Positions 8,259 through 17,720 of a stretch of 64,000 bases of DNA are shown in pieces. The translations under genes and the position numbers were made by a program. The stretch comes from Patescibacteria group bacterium (GTDB lineage Bacteria > Patescibacteriota > Minisyncoccia > Phycocordibacterales > WO2-35-19): positions 21,154-85,153 of the forward strand of contig JBBTSI010000003.1 of the NCBI GenBank assembly GCA_038064735.1, written 5' to 3'. Under the pieces are notes generated by a model. The model was not told where the DNA came from, ran no database searches, and worked only from the letters and a program-made list of their open reading frames with translations. Positions within the stretch are counted from its first letter, which is position 1. Every line of letters begins with the position of its first letter.

Positions 8259-9752
8259 TTATTCTTGCCTTATCAAAGAAGTGGCTTTGAGCACATCTCC
8301 GGGTACCAAATCGATCTTGGATTCTATCATGGTGCCGAATTCCTGACCTTCTCTGGCAATATCAGCTTTCAGTTTTTGGATTTGGAGTTCTTTTATTTTG
8401 CCGGTACCAATGAAAGATTCTCTGCGGTAAATTTTGATTATGCCACCCGATTTAATTTCTCCCTCTTCGATTTTACCGCCTACAACTTGTTTGTCGCGAT
8501 TTTTGCTGAAGACTCTGATTATCTTAGCGGAGCCGGTTGTTATCTCTACAGTTTCTACCGGAGTAGCTTCTTTTATTTTTTCTTTCACATAATCAACCAG
8601 ATCGTATATAACTTGGTAATTTTTTATTTCTATACCGTCTCGCATAGCCAGTCCCGAAGCACTTTTGTCGGTGCTCACATTGAAGCCGAGTATCAAACTA
8701 TTTTTTATTTTTGCGGTTTTAATGTCGTTTTCGCTCACATCTCCGACATCTTTGGAAATTATTCTGACCGCAATTTTTTCATTACCTAGTTTTTTGAGTT
8801 CATGCTCGACTGCATCAAGTGAACCGAAAGTGTCCGCTTTGATGACCACTCCAAAAGAAATGCAATCATTTTGAAATATGTTACAAATATCATTATTTTG
8901 GTTTGTTTCGGTAGCAAATTTGATAGCCTCTTCTTTTTTGGAGAAAGTTTTGAATTCACTTCCGACTTTTGGTCCGGCACTCCAACCTACAATTTTGATT
9001 GGACTTGAAAAAGTGGCTTCAGAGATATTTTCTTCTTTGTAATTTTCTATGGCTCTTATCGGAGCATAAGCACCACTGGTCGCCACAAACATACCAGTTT
9101 TTAAATAACCATTTTTTATTATGAGATTGGCGGAAATGCCTTGTTTAGGATTGAGATCGCTTTCTATAACGAAACCTTCAGCGGGTATGGATGGGTCGCC
9201 TTCGAGTTCTTCCATATCAGACTGCAAAGCTATCATCTCTAAAAGATCAGGCACTCCAGCACCGGTTTTGGCGGAAATAGCTATAGCTGGGATGTTGCCA
9301 CCCCAACCTTCAACCAAAACTCCGTTTTCGGCTAAATTTTGTTTTACTTTATCTATATTGGCGCCAGGCCTGTCAATTTTGTTTAAAGCGATGATGAAAG
9401 GGATAGCATCTTTATTAATACAATCTAAAGCCTCAAGAGTTTGGGGTTTAACGCCATCTTCAGAAGAAACTACGAGTATAGCTATATCTGCTACTTTGGC
9501 ACCACGCGCTCTGATAGAACAAAAAGCTTCATGTCCTGGGGTGTCTAAAAAAGTTATTTTTCTTTTTTCACCGCCGGCCATTATTTCTACTTCGTAAGCA
9601 GAAATATGCTGAGTGATACCACCAGCCTCGAATTCGGTGGTGTTGGCTTTTCTTATATAATCAAGCAGAGTAGATTTGCCATGGTCAATGTGTCCCATGA
9701 TGACCACTATCGGCGGACGAACTAATTTTTTTGTTTTATTTTTTGGTGTCAT
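8259..9752 (-). CDS. infB: translation initiation factor IF-2 (short form)
   Basis: RPPIVVIMGHIDHGKST, GGITQHI, DTPGHEAF, NKID. Confidence 0.97.
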   Translation of the reverse strand: MTPKNKTKKLVRPPIVVIMGHIDHGKSTLLDYIRKANTTEFEAGGITQHISAYEVEIMAGGEKRKITFLDTPGHEAFCSIRARGAKVADIAILVVSSEDGVKPQTLEALDCINKDAIPFIIALNKIDRPGANIDKVKQNLAENGVLVEGWGGNIPAIAISAKTGAGVPDLLEMIALQSDMEELEGDPSIPAEGFVIESDLNPKQGISANLIIKNGYLKTGMFVATSGAYAPIRAIENYKEENISEATFSSPIKIVGWSAGPKVGSEFKTFSKKEEAIKFATETNQNNDICNIFQNDCISFGVVIKADTFGSLDAVEHELKKLGNEKIAVRIISKDVGDVSENDIKTAKIKNSLILGFNVSTDKSASGLAMRDGIEIKNYQVIYDLVDYVKEKIKEATPVETVEITTGSAKIIRVFSKNRDKQVVGGKIEEGEIKSGGIIKIYRRESFIGTGKIKELQIQKLKADIAREGQEFGTMIESKIDLVPGDVLKATSLIRQE

Positions 9753-10236
9753 TTGGCTTAAGTTTATTTTCTTTGGCTTGTTTTATTGCTTTGCTTTCTT
9801 CTTCTGATAGTTGGTGTTCGCTTTGCCATCTTTGAAGTGGTTTAGCAAAAACATTAGTTCTTTCTCTGGTATGCATGGATGTGATGACGACGCCATCTCC
9901 TTCTTCATCTACTAATACCGATGAAAAACTCTGGTTGCCACCAACTCCTTCTCCTTGAAAAGGATTAAATCTGAGAGTTGAAGCGTTTACGGTTTTCTTT
10001 TTTATTCTGCTATCCAAAAATTTCATGTATTCGGTTGATTCTGCTTTGAACTTGACCAAATCTTCAATCGTTTTGGTATGCAAGTTCATGAGCCTTTCTA
10101 TATCGGGGGTGTTGGCGCTTCTAAATATCCTCCTGACTCTTAAGTGCATAACTATCGAGATTGTGAGAGTAATCAAAGAAACCGCTAAAGCAGCAAAAGG
10201 AATAAAAAAAAGAACTAAGTTCCAGTCAATTGTCAT
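9736..10236 (-). CDS. DUF4446-like membrane-anchored protein
   Basis: RFNPFQGEGVGGNQSFS and LSEEE motifs. Confidence 0.75.
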   Translation of the reverse strand: MTIDWNLVLFFIPFAALAVSLITLTISIVMHLRVRRIFRSANTPDIERLMNLHTKTIEDLVKFKAESTEYMKFLDSRIKKKTVNASTLRFNPFQGEGVGGNQSFSSVLVDEEGDGVVITSMHTRERTNVFAKPLQRWQSEHQLSEEESKAIKQAKENKLKPNDTKK

Positions 10237-10275
10237 AATCGCTTATTATACACTATTTATGGTATTATCCAAAAT

Positions 10276-11544
10276 ATGAAAAATAAGGTGAAAATTAAAA
10301 AAACCCAGCCTTCGCATAAAGCTACGGCGGGCAAAGATAGGGTATTTTTGGACTATGCATCTGTGACGCCGGTTGATTTGGGTGTAGAAAAAGAAATGCA
10401 GAGGGTTCAAAAGCAATTTTGGGCAAATCCTTCATCCTTGCACAAGGAAGGGGAAGAGGCTAAAAATATTTTGGAAGAATCTAGGACAAAAATTGCCCGA
10501 ATTTTGCATTGCCGTAGTAGTGAAATATTTTTTACAAGCGGGGGTACCGAATCTTTAAATTTGGCTATTTTGGGTGTGGTCAAAAGAAGCCAAAGGGCGT
10601 CTTTACCGCATATAATAGTTTCAACAATAGAACATCCGGCTGTTTTGGAACCAATAAAAAATTTACTTAAAGAAAAAGTGATTGAAGTTTCTTTTATTAC
10701 ACCAAACGAGAAGGGAATAATTAGCCCAGAATCTGTCAAAAAAGAAATGAAAGAAAATACTGTTTTGGTCGTTGTTCAGCATGCTAATAATGAAATAGGA
10801 ACTATCCAACCAATAAGAGAAATTTCAAAAGCTATTAAAAATTTCAAAGAATCAGAAATGGCAAAATTGCAAAAAGCTGCGGATAAATCCCGCTTTTTGA
10901 ATTTTGCCATTTCTGATTCTCAGACTGCTCCATATCTGTTGGTAGATGCGTGTCAGAGTGTTTTGTATGAAGATGTTTCGTTAGAAAGACTCGGCGCTGA
11001 TATCTTAGTTTTGGATGGTATTAAAATGTATGGGCCAAGAGGTGTTGGCGTTTTAGCGGTAAAGCATGGCACCAAAATTTCTCCCATAACTTTTGGCGGG
11101 GGACAGGAGAATGGTTTCAGGCCGGGAACAGAAAATGTGATTGGAGTAGCTGGTTTCGCCAAAGCTTTGGAAATTTCTGTCAAAATGATGGAGAAAGAAT
11201 CAAAACGACTTTTGCAATTATGCGATTATGCTATTTCTAAAATTTTGGAAATACCAAATTCTTCTTTGAATGGCAATAAAGAAAATAGATTACCTAATAA
11301 TATTAATGTTTGTTTTTCCAATCAAGATTCGGAATTTTTGGTTATCAAATTGGATACTCTGGGTTTTGCTGTTTCGGCCGCTTCAGCTTGTCATACTTTG
11401 TCACTTGAAAACGGCTCTTATGTTATTGAGTCTATCGGCAAACCGGAATGTTCAGGTTCTTCTTTGCGTATCACTCTAGGTAGAGACACCAAAAAATCAG
11501 ATTTAGATAAATTTATAGTTGCTCTTAAAAAAATACTTTGTTAA
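10276..11544 (+). CDS. iscS: cysteine desulfurase (IscS/NifS family) with three in-frame palindromic inserts
   Basis: FLDYASVTP, NPSS, FTSGGTES, NNEIGTIQP, KMYGPRGVG, SAC. Confidence 0.9.
   Translation: MKNKVKIKKTQPSHKATAGKDRVFLDYASVTPVDLGVEKEMQRVQKQFWANPSSLHKEGEEAKNILEESRTKIARILHCRSSEIFFTSGGTESLNLAILGVVKRSQRASLPHIIVSTIEHPAVLEPIKNLLKEKVIEVSFITPNEKGIISPESVKKEMKENTVLVVVQHANNEIGTIQPIREISKAIKNFKESEMAKLQKAADKSRFLNFAISDSQTAPYLLVDACQSVLYEDVSLERLGADILVLDGIKMYGPRGVGVLAVKHGTKISPITFGGGQENGFRPGTENVIGVAGFAKALEISVKMMEKESKRLLQLCDYAISKILEIPNSSLNGNKENRLPNNINVCFSNQDSEFLVIKLDTLGFAVSAASACHTLSLENGSYVIESIGKPECSGSSLRITLGRDTKKSDLDKFIVALKKILC
10848..10920. repeat. in-frame palindromic element (family B) in iscS
   Basis: Perfect 21-bp stem; 47-nt core identical to 47338-47384. 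Confidence 0.9.
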
Positions 11545-11554
11545 AATTAAACAA

Positions 11555-12373
11555 ATGGAAGATCTAACCAAGCATCAACTCATACTTATAGTTTTACTAA
11601 TCACTTTTGTGACTTCTATTGCCACAGGTATTATTACTTTCACCTTACTTTCTGAAGCACCGGTAGAAGTGACTCAAAATATAAATCGTGTAGTGGAAAA
11701 AACTATTGAACAAGTGGCGCCTACTGCTGTTCAGCCCCAAAAGGTAGTGACGACTGTGGTAGTCAATGAAGATGACAGAGTATTAGAAACTATCGCCAAG
11801 AATGAAAAATCAATAGTGAGACTCCGATCTCTTGCGGCTGATGGCTCCAAAATTGTTTCGGGTATGGGGGTAGTGGTTTCTGATAAAGGTGTGATCGTTG
11901 CTGATTCAAGAAGTTTCAACGGGGGTGTTCCTTCGGAAATCCTTTTTTCTGATGGTAAAACTTATCCCACCGGCAAAATTTTTACGGATAGTGCAAACGG
12001 GCTTACTTTCGTGAAAACCAGTGTTCCTCAGAATGATACTTCTCATTATGTATTTTATCCGGCAACTTTCGGTAATTCAGATGGGTTGAAAATAGGCCAG
12101 ACTTTGGTCACCATTAGTGGTTTAGAGTCAAACGCTGCTTCTATTGGTAGAGTGTTTCAGCTTAATTCTGGAGATGATAAAAAAACCGTAAATAATATTG
12201 TTTCTAATATAAAAATTTCAAAGAGCCATTTTGGCAGCCCGGCACTCAACCTTAGTGGAGAGGTGATAGGGTTGGAAGCTCCGTTTATCGAATCCGATAC
12301 TGAATATTCTTATATTCCAATAAATGTTATAAAATCGGCTATCACTAAAGCCTTAGAAGATTTATCCAAATAG
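11555..12373 (+). CDS. membrane-anchored trypsin-like (S1C/HtrA-like) protein, probably inactive
   Basis: SGMGVVVS, LKIGQ, GSPALNLSGEVIG; catalytic His/Ser motifs degenerate. Confidence 0.7.
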   Translation: MEDLTKHQLILIVLLITFVTSIATGIITFTLLSEAPVEVTQNINRVVEKTIEQVAPTAVQPQKVVTTVVVNEDDRVLETIAKNEKSIVRLRSLAADGSKIVSGMGVVVSDKGVIVADSRSFNGGVPSEILFSDGKTYPTGKIFTDSANGLTFVKTSVPQNDTSHYVFYPATFGNSDGLKIGQTLVTISGLESNAASIGRVFQLNSGDDKKTVNNIVSNIKISKSHFGSPALNLSGEVIGLEAPFIESDTEYSYIPINVIKSAITKALEDLSK

Positions 12374-12446
12374 CCTCATTGTTGATTTTGGGGCTTGATT
12401 TAAGCAGATTTTCTGCTATAATATAGCAAATTAAGGGTTTTTATTT

Positions 12447-15152
12447 ATGACACCATTTAATAATTTTACAACTAAAGCTAAAGAGGCAATCAGGAAGGCT
12501 CACGAGCTGGTTATTGAACGTGGTCAGGACCATGTCGGTCCACTACATCTACTACTCGCTCTCATTGTGCAAGAAGAGAGTATGGTGGTTTCGATTTTGG
12601 ATAAAATGGGAGTGGATACCATTTTGCTCACAGACTCTCTCTTGGAAGCTATGGAAAGTGGCACATCCAGCAATACCGTGTCTCCTTCCTACCAAATTTA
12701 TCTTACTCCTGAACTGGCTCACATTATCGATCATTCTTCAAAAGTGGCAGCGGGGATGAGTGATGAATTTGTTTCCACCGAGCATTTATTTTTAGCTTGT
12801 CTTGAAGTACCGAGTGCCGCTAAAGATGTTTTGACAAGATTTAAAATTGAAAAAGAAAAAGTCTTATTTTTGATTCAGGAAATAAAACAAGGTCGCCTCA
12901 CGGACGCCAAAGGTACTCAAAAAAATAAAAATCTTATCAAGTATACTCGCTCTCTGACCAAGATGGCCCGTGAAAACAAACTTGATCCGGTTATTGGCAG
13001 AGATGAAGAAATTTCCCGCATCATCCAAATTCTTTCTCGCCGTACCAAAAATAATCCTATTCTGATAGGGGAAGCTGGGGTGGGTAAAACCGCTATTGCT
13101 GAAGGTTTAGCCATGAGAGTAGCTTCTGGGAATGCACCCGAATCTTTGAAAGACAAGGAGATAGTTTCTTTAGACTTGGGACTTTTAGTAGCAGGAACTA
13201 AATACCGTGGTGAATTTGAAGAAAGGTTAAAAAATATTATAAAAGAGATAGAAAAGTCCGATGGCAAAATAATACTTTTTATTGACGAGATTCATACTAT
13301 CATCGGTGCCGGTAGTGCTGAAGGTTCTCTTGATGCTTCCAACATGCTCAAACCACCGCTCGCGAGGGGTGAACTTAGGGCCATCGGCGCTACCACCATC
13401 AAAGAATATCAAAAACATATCGAAAAAGATCCGGCGCTTACTCGTCGTTTTCAGCCTGTGTACGTCTCTGAGCCTTCCATAGAAGATGCTATTACTATAC
13501 TTCGCGGTCTCAAGGAGAAATATGAGTTATATCATGGAGTACATATTACCGATGACGCTATCAAAGCGGCGGTCAATCTCAGTTCCCGTTATATTGCTGA
13601 TAGATTTTTGCCTGACAAAGCGGTAGATCTTATTGACGAAGCAGCTAGTCATCTTAAAATCGCGCTTGAAAATATGCCAACAGTTTTGCAAGAAACCAAC
13701 TCAAAAATAATGAAGCTGGAAATTGAAAAAGAAGCTCTCAAAAAAGAATCAGGTAAGAATGCGAAAGTTAAAAGCCGTCTACAAAATATTGAAAAAGAGA
13801 TTGCTGATTTGAAAGAGAAAACCGCCGAGATAGATTTGAAATGGAAAAATGAAAAAGAGAGTGTGGGCGAAATAAAAAGAATTAAGAAAGAACTTGAAGG
13901 TGCCAGATTGGAAGCTGAAGCGGCTGAAGCTCGGGTAGATTTAGGCAAAGCCGCTGAAGTGCGTTATGGCAAAATACCTGCTTTGGAAAAAGAATTGGAA
14001 TCCAACACTAAAAAATTGAAAAAATTGCAAAGCTCTCGAAGAATTTTGAAAGAAGAAATAACTGAAGATGATATCGCTTCAATTGTCGCCAAATGGACGG
14101 GTATTCCGGTTTCTAGGATGCTCGAAGGCGAGGCGGAAAAATTAGTCAGAATGGAAGATGATTTGAAGAAACGCATAGTCGGCCAAGATGAAGCTGTTAA
14201 GAAAATTTCTGATACTATCAAACGCTCAAGAGCTGGCATCTCTGACCCCAACAGGCCTATTGGCTCTTTCATATTCCTCGGGCCGACCGGAGTAGGTAAG
14301 ACCGAATTGACCAAAGCTTTGGCAGAATTTATGTTTAATGATGATAAAGCGCTCATCAGGGTAGATATGTCCGAATTTATGGAGAGACATTCCGTCTCCA
14401 AGCTTATCGGTGCGCCTCCGGGTTATGTCGGTTTTGATGAGGGTGGGGGACTGACTGATATGGTCAGGCATAGACCTTATTCTATTGTGCTCTTCGATGA
14501 AATTGAAAAGGCTCATCCCGAAGTTTTCAACGTGCTCCTCCAAGTTCTCGACAATGGTCGCCTGACAGACTCCAAGGGTCGCACAGTCAACTTCAAAAAT
14601 ACCATTATCATTATGACTTCAAATATTGGTGCTCAATATATAGATAAGATGGAAAAGATGGGCTTTGGTGAGAGAAGCAGTGGAGACGGAGATTATACCA
14701 ATGTGAAAGAAAAAATATTGGAAGCCATGAAAGATTTCTTCCGACCGGAATTTTTGAACCGAGTTGATGACACTATCATCTTTGATGTTTTGCCGATGGA
14801 AGCTATCCGTGAAATTGTTAAAATTCAAATTGATATGGTGCGTGAAAGATTAGTGGCCAAAGAAATTTCGCTGGAACTTACAGATGAAGTTTATGAATAC
14901 TTAGCTAAAGAAGGTTACAATCCTCAGTACGGTGCCAGACCTCTTAAGAGAGTTATTCAAAATAAAATATTAAATCAAATTGCAACCCTTATAATTTCCA
15001 AGAGTATTTTGAAGGGAGGAATAGTTTCTGTATCACTTAAAACGGGCGCGGGAGTAAATGGAGAAAGCGATCTTGTTTTTGATATAAAAAAGGGGAGAAA
15101 GGGGGCCATCATAGAAGCATCAATATTGGATACTCCTGTTAGTGTAGAATAA
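12447..15152 (+). CDS. clpB: ATP-dependent chaperone ClpB
   Basis: Two AAA+ modules (GEAGVGKT, GPTGVGKT), long M-domain coiled coil. Confidence 0.95.
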   Translation: MTPFNNFTTKAKEAIRKAHELVIERGQDHVGPLHLLLALIVQEESMVVSILDKMGVDTILLTDSLLEAMESGTSSNTVSPSYQIYLTPELAHIIDHSSKVAAGMSDEFVSTEHLFLACLEVPSAAKDVLTRFKIEKEKVLFLIQEIKQGRLTDAKGTQKNKNLIKYTRSLTKMARENKLDPVIGRDEEISRIIQILSRRTKNNPILIGEAGVGKTAIAEGLAMRVASGNAPESLKDKEIVSLDLGLLVAGTKYRGEFEERLKNIIKEIEKSDGKIILFIDEIHTIIGAGSAEGSLDASNMLKPPLARGELRAIGATTIKEYQKHIEKDPALTRRFQPVYVSEPSIEDAITILRGLKEKYELYHGVHITDDAIKAAVNLSSRYIADRFLPDKAVDLIDEAASHLKIALENMPTVLQETNSKIMKLEIEKEALKKESGKNAKVKSRLQNIEKEIADLKEKTAEIDLKWKNEKESVGEIKRIKKELEGARLEAEAAEARVDLGKAAEVRYGKIPALEKELESNTKKLKKLQSSRRILKEEITEDDIASIVAKWTGIPVSRMLEGEAEKLVRMEDDLKKRIVGQDEAVKKISDTIKRSRAGISDPNRPIGSFIFLGPTGVGKTELTKALAEFMFNDDKALIRVDMSEFMERHSVSKLIGAPPGYVGFDEGGGLTDMVRHRPYSIVLFDEIEKAHPEVFNVLLQVLDNGRLTDSKGRTVNFKNTIIIMTSNIGAQYIDKMEKMGFGERSSGDGDYTNVKEKILEAMKDFFRPEFLNRVDDTIIFDVLPMEAIREIVKIQIDMVRERLVAKEISLELTDEVYEYLAKEGYNPQYGARPLKRVIQNKILNQIATLIISKSILKGGIVSVSLKTGAGVNGESDLVFDIKKGRKGAIIEASILDTPVSVE

Positions 15153-15219
15153 ATTACAACACATCCTAAAAGACAGAAGGGAATCTTCTTCCTTTTTTTA
15201 ATTAATTTTTAGGTGTAAA

Positions 15220-15249
15220 AGGCGCACGGTTGCCAACAACCGTGCGCCT
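15220..15249. terminator. hairpin between convergent genes
   Basis: AGGCGCACGGTTG ccaa CAACCGTGCGCCT. Confidence 0.65.
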
Positions 15250-15259
15250 ACTTTTGTAA

Positions 15260-15763
15260 TTACCAGGCATTAAAATCGAAAAATCTGGCTAACCATTGAG
15301 CTTCTTTACATGCTGTTTTAGCTACCTTTACTTGGACGTGAAATTTTTTTGCTTCTAAGATTAGTTTTTCAACATTATCAGAAGTGGAGATTTTTTGGAT
15401 CTGTTCATCTTCTTGTTCGAAAAGGGTATCGCGTGTTTTTTTTAAAGATTTTATCTTTTCAGAAACAATTGGTTGATATACTTTCATTGCCAACCAATCT
15501 TTCTTTTTGGGTGGATAAAATCCAAATATTGGATGGAAATATTTTGCTGCTGTCTTTCGCGCAAAAATAAAATGGGTAATCCATGTTGGGTAGTCGAATG
15601 ATAATTCTGTATGCACAAAAATAATTGTAAGAAGTAATCCAGAAATAACTGTGCCAATTGCTATTTCTAGAGGACCAATAAGCAATAATACACTGACAAC
15701 TAAGAACAAAACAATCAACTGGTAAACCAATACCTTAAGACAAATCTTTGTTTTAATCGACAT
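15260..15763 (-). CDS. hypothetical membrane protein
   Basis: Two N-terminal TMs; GAGGAG SD before the ATG at 15763. Confidence 0.6.
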   Translation of the reverse strand: MSIKTKICLKVLVYQLIVLFLVVSVLLLIGPLEIAIGTVISGLLLTIIFVHTELSFDYPTWITHFIFARKTAAKYFHPIFGFYPPKKKDWLAMKVYQPIVSEKIKSLKKTRDTLFEQEDEQIQKISTSDNVEKLILEAKKFHVQVKVAKTACKEAQWLARFFDFNAW

Positions 15764-15901
15764 ATTTTCTCCTCGCATACTTCTTAGGTATGCTATGGTT
15801 AGAGTTTACAAAGAAACTTATTCGAGATTCTTCATCCCAAATTCTGAATATATAATACATACTGTATCAATATTATCAAGTATTGTAACGGTTATTTATC
15901 A

Positions 15902-15933
15902 AACGCCTAAACGACAGATGTCGTTTAGGCGTT
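15902..15933. repeat. REP-like palindrome between divergent genes
   Basis: AACGCCTAAACGACA ga TGTCGTTTAGGCGTT. Confidence 0.65.
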
Positions 15934-15987
15934 CTTTGATTACTAGCATAAAATGGGAATTTTTGTTAAACTTCTTTGGTTAATATT

Positions 15988-16070
15988 GCGTCGGTGGTAG
16001 AGTGGTCAATTACAACAGACTGTAAATCTGTCGGCTTCGGCCTACGCAGGTTCGAATCCTGCCCGGCGCA
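15988..16070 (+). tRNA. tRNA-Tyr(GTA)
   Basis: ACAGA-CT GTA AA-TCTGT; long variable arm; GGTTCGAATCC. Confidence 0.97.
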
Positions 16071-16123
16071 CAAAATAAAAAAGCCGGTTTGGAAAGATAA
16101 TAATCTCCAAACCAGCTCTTTTG

Positions 16124-16378
16124 TTATTGGCAATTGGGTTTTTTAGGTTTTTCAAAAATAACCAGACCCAAAGTAACAACGAAGATTCCAGACAAAATAA
16201 AAAAGAAAGTACAAGCTATTTCTACGAAAAGCGACCCCTTCCCTTCAATTTTGTGCACGGCACCATAAACAATAAGAGCAATTCCGACGAGAAAAATTAT
16301 TGCTCCCCAAAATTTAGTCATGAAGGACTCGACTGCTTGCACTGAATTCATTGGTGGATATAGTTTTTCTTGGCTCAT
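16124..16378 (-). CDS. small hypothetical membrane protein
   Basis: Two TM helices; GAGGTG SD. Confidence 0.6.
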   Translation of the reverse strand: MSQEKLYPPMNSVQAVESFMTKFWGAIIFLVGIALIVYGAVHKIEGKGSLFVEIACTFFFILSGIFVVTLGLVIFEKPKKPNCQ

Positions 16379-16426
16379 TGTTTGTACACCTCTCTGAAAT
16401 TATGATACAAGAATTAAAACTAATTG

Positions 16427-17656
16427 TCAAAGAGACATAACTTCGTCTGTCCATTTGTAAATATTGCCAGCACCCATGAGAACAACACAAAGAAGTTTTT
16501 GTGGATTCATTTTTTGTAAAAAATTTTTAAGTTCTTGTGGATTTTCTACAGATTGGGAAGGTTTGGTTTTATTTATAGCTTCGGCGAGGACTTTATTGTT
16601 GGTGGTGCCGTCATCTGTTTCTCTGGTGATTAGGATTGGAGCAATAAAAATTTCATCGGCGATTTTTAAAGCATTCACAAAATCATCAAAAAGCAGTTTC
16701 GTTCGACTTTGTTGATGAGGTTCAAAAACACAAACTATTTTTCGGTCAGGATACTTTTCATGCAGAGTATTGAGGGAGGCTGAGATTTCGGTTGGGTGAT
16801 GAGCATAATCATCATAAAAAATATTTCCATCTTTTTCTCCCTTATATTCAAGTCGTCGCCAAGTGCCTCGAAAATCTTTTAAAAATTCTTTGGATTTTTC
16901 TTGGGGTATGCCCAACAGTTCGGCAGTTTTTATAGCCGCTTGAGCGTCCAAAATATTATGTTCTCCAGAAACAAGTAAGACAAAATCTATTTTTACTTTT
17001 TTATAATCATCTTCTTTTACCACAAACCCATCTTTCGGCACTTTTTGTTCCAATTCTTTGAAAGCACTTTTTATATCATCAAGGTCTTTATAATAATCTA
17101 AATGGTCGGCTTCAATGTTTGTAATTACCAAAATAGTAGGGGATAAGTTTAAAAAAGAGCGTTTGTATTCACAAGCTTCTACTACCAAATATTTGCTTTT
17201 GCCGGCAATAAAATTGGAGTTTTTACCGAGTATTTTTGAACCAACGATAACAGTTGGGTCCAGTCCGGCTTTTTGCATAATATGACCAATCATAGCTGTA
17301 GTGGTGGTTTTGCCATGAGTGCCGGAGATGGCGATGGTAAACATCTCCTTAGAAAGTTCACCAAGTGCTTGTGGGTAAGATACACAAAACAAACCTCTTT
17401 TTTGGGCTTCTAAAATTTCAGGATTGTCTTCCTTTATGGCGATGCTATATATTACTACTTCCACATCTTTTTCCAGATTTTCCGCTCTTTGTCCGATGAA
17501 AATTTTGATTCCCAATTTTTCCAAATCATCGGTTATTTCTGATTGATTGCTGTCTGATCCGGTGACTATTTTACCTTTTAAAGAAAGCATTCTAGCAATA
17601 GCGGAAACTCCTATGCCGCCGATACCAACGAAATGATATTTTTTTTGATTAAACAT
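16427..17656 (-). CDS. murC: UDP-N-acetylmuramate--L-alanine ligase
   Basis: HFVGIGGIGVS, GTHGKTTT, DDYAHHPTEI. Confidence 0.95.
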   Translation of the reverse strand: MFNQKKYHFVGIGGIGVSAIARMLSLKGKIVTGSDSNQSEITDDLEKLGIKIFIGQRAENLEKDVEVVIYSIAIKEDNPEILEAQKRGLFCVSYPQALGELSKEMFTIAISGTHGKTTTTAMIGHIMQKAGLDPTVIVGSKILGKNSNFIAGKSKYLVVEACEYKRSFLNLSPTILVITNIEADHLDYYKDLDDIKSAFKELEQKVPKDGFVVKEDDYKKVKIDFVLLVSGEHNILDAQAAIKTAELLGIPQEKSKEFLKDFRGTWRRLEYKGEKDGNIFYDDYAHHPTEISASLNTLHEKYPDRKIVCVFEPHQQSRTKLLFDDFVNALKIADEIFIAPILITRETDDGTTNNKVLAEAINKTKPSQSVENPQELKNFLQKMNPQKLLCVVLMGAGNIYKWTDEVMSL

Positions 17657-17720
17657 GTTTATTTGAACGCTTTTCCACAGTTATATTTAATTAATATATC
17701 ACATATGATATGCTTTAGTC

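Noticed and set aside
17696-17711. Palindrome ATATCA-cata-TGATAT as a dedicated MurA-HTH operator
   Set aside because: Explained equally well by two overlapping divergent extended -10 boxes
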